DNA of 63,957 bases, the filler included, from Calcarisporiella thermophila CBS 279.70 (taxonomy: Eukaryota; Fungi; Calcarisporiellomycota), in assembly GCF_041956535.1 (NCBI RefSeq). It is 12 parts of 11 records of this genome, joined end to end, with 100 filler letters (N's around TTAATTAATTAA, not from the genome) between each part and the next. Parts side by side here need not be neighbours in the genome. Positions count along the whole stretch, not along the records: positions 59,666 to 62,663 come from NW_027192226.1; positions 62,764 to 63,957 come from NW_027192225.1; 10 more parts are not named here. One strand, given 5' to 3'. Numbering within the stretch: the stretch's first letter is position 1; each line of letters opens with the position of its first letter. Of this stretch, positions 62,494-63,957 are shown in pieces. The translations under genes were made by a program, and so were the position numbers. The notes below the pieces were generated by a model, which did no database searches, was not told the origin of the DNA, and saw only the letters and a list, made by a program, of their open reading frames with translations.

Positions 62494-62663
62494 TTACATC
62501 ACGATTTCGCAGGCCTGGCTGTTCTTCAGGTCCTTGTGCGGCAGCACGATGCAGTTGCGGATGATGATCTCGTCCTTGACCACCACCTCCTTGCCCAGGA
62601 TCGTGGGCTGCTGCTTCATCGTCTTCGCCGAGCTCTGCTGCTGCGTCACCACCGGGCTGCCTT
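62494..62663 (-). CDS. C-terminus of mannose-1-phosphate guanylyltransferase alpha-like protein (partial)
   Basis: TILGKEVVVKDEIIIRNCIVLPHKDLKNSQACEIVM* resembles the GMPPA/Psa2 C-terminus. Confidence 0.75.
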
Positions 62664-62792
62664 NNNNNNNNNNNNNNNNNNNNNNNNNNNNNNNNNNNNN
62701 NNNNNNNTTAATTAATTAANNNNNNNNNNNNNNNNNNNNNNNNNNNNNNNNNNNNNNNNNNNNCAAAAAAAAAAAGAGTGACCCCTCGATTT

Positions 62793-63628
62793 CTGACGCC
62801 CCAATCCTGGCCAGAGGTTGCATCCACGGCAAAGGAATGGGAAAAGGTCTGGACCTCCATTCAAAAACGGCCAACCCTCCCAAAACACCGCACACTACGC
62901 TGGCGAATCCTCGTAGAGCGTGTAATTACAAACTCGACATTCCCTGGTCATGACCCGAAATGTACCAGCTGTAACGCTCCGAGGGACACCATCCGCCACA
63001 CCTTCTTCGAATGTCCCGAACTCACATCAGTGTGGCATTGGACGGAAAGGTGTATCAACACCATCTCAGGCCCCCTAAACACTCAGGTGCTGAGCCCCAG
63101 GAACCTCGTACTTGGCGACCTACCAGAAGCCCCGAGGACAGTAAGACACGCGGCTCAAATCGTCTTCGATTCGGTGCTATGGCAAATCCATCGGGACCGA
63201 ATCTCCTACCATTTCGAATGCATTCGAGCTTCACCCGAGACAATCATCCTCCGTGCCAAAATGGACATCGAGGAGGCTATCGGAGGTGAACTGATAAAGG
63301 CACGTAAAAGACGAGAGATAGAGTTATTCCGAAGAAGGTGGTGCACTCAGGGAGCGGTAATAGAAAGTTCGGATAGAGCAAGACTAAAATTGGAGTGACG
63401 AAGCAACCCTTCCTCTCTCCCAATCCACTCTTTCCCTCCTCCCCTCCTCCCCTCCTCCCCTCCTCCCCTCCTCCCCTCCTCCTTACTTCATACCTTTCAT
63501 CAAATACCCGATCACTATATACATCTAATTTACCCTTTATTCCCCCCTTTTCTTATTTCATTGTAATCATTAAACTCTTGTAAGCTACGGAAACTAATAA
63601 AAATCTCCGTTGATTGATCAAAAAAAAA
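62793..63628 (+). mobile_element. LINE family L-1 3' end with TSD
   Basis: Intact zf-RVT C-terminus, UTR, poly(A); flanked by GAGTGACCYCTCGAT. Confidence 0.9.
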
Positions 63629-63643
63629 GAGTGACCTCTCGAT

Positions 63644-63932
63644 TTTTTTTTTGGAGGATCTTTATTTAAAACTACTCTTTTTTGTTAGTAAAGGATTTTG
63701 ATAGATATCAAGATATTAGATAATAAGCAATACATGTAAGACATGGTAGATAGTGTGGATACCTTCCTATTTTTCAAGGAAGGTGGTATACGAGAGAGGA
63801 AAGGAGATAAAAAAGGAAAAGAAAAGTAAAAGGAAAACTTGGAATACGGATGATAGGGTATTCGGCAATATCGTATTGGAGCTAAATGTTTTGGTTGAAG
63901 GATATTTTGTCTCCTTGGATTTGTATCCAAGT
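63644..63932 (-). mobile_element. LINE family L-3 3' end, inverted
   Basis: Reverse complement similar to 52883-53177; flanked by GAGTGACCTCTCGAT. Confidence 0.85.
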
Positions 63933-63957
63933 GAGTGACCTCTCGATTTTTTTTTTG

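Noticed and set aside
10213-63938. Numerous short antisense or overlapping ORFs in the ORF track
   Set aside because: Shadow frames of real genes and retroelements, or low-complexity UTR translations
62776-63947. CRISPR-like repeat-spacer layout
   Set aside because: Repeats are 12-16-bp TSDs, 'spacers' are poly(A)-tailed retroelements of variable length, there are no cas genes and the host is eukaryotic

Overview
This window is eukaryotic, not prokaryotic. It is 12 fungal contigs (gene content suggests an early-diverging lineage) joined by artificial 100-nt spacers (N44-TTAATTAATTAA-N44), so adjacency across spacers means nothing. Gene-rich contigs carry intron-containing housekeeping genes (VIP1, LDB/Mfg1-like, EED-like WD40, TIM13, COX11, SCOC, mS45, endosulfine, YPD1, EBP-like and others) plus a carboxylesterase, an NRPS-like reductase fragment and a CXXC-less thioredoxin-fold gene. 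There are six tRNA genes (Leu-UAG, Phe-GAA, Ser-AGA, Ile-AAU, Trp-CCA, iMet). The rest is retroelement-dense: a full-length chromovirus-type Ty3/gypsy element with apparently identical LTRs, several solo or partial LTRs, at least three L1/Tx1-type LINE families and two tRNA-derived SINE families. The most interesting signal is an inferred two-tier, position-specific tRNA-gene targeting system. LTR ends sit 8-16 bp upstream of tRNA genes, and LINE/SINE 5' ends sit about 77-81 bp upstream. The non-LTR elements re-use one insertion point repeatedly, building stacked arrays punctuated by copies of a single target-site duplication. A second notable feature is a (TTAGG)n telomeric tract fused directly into a truncated Crinkler-like ORF.
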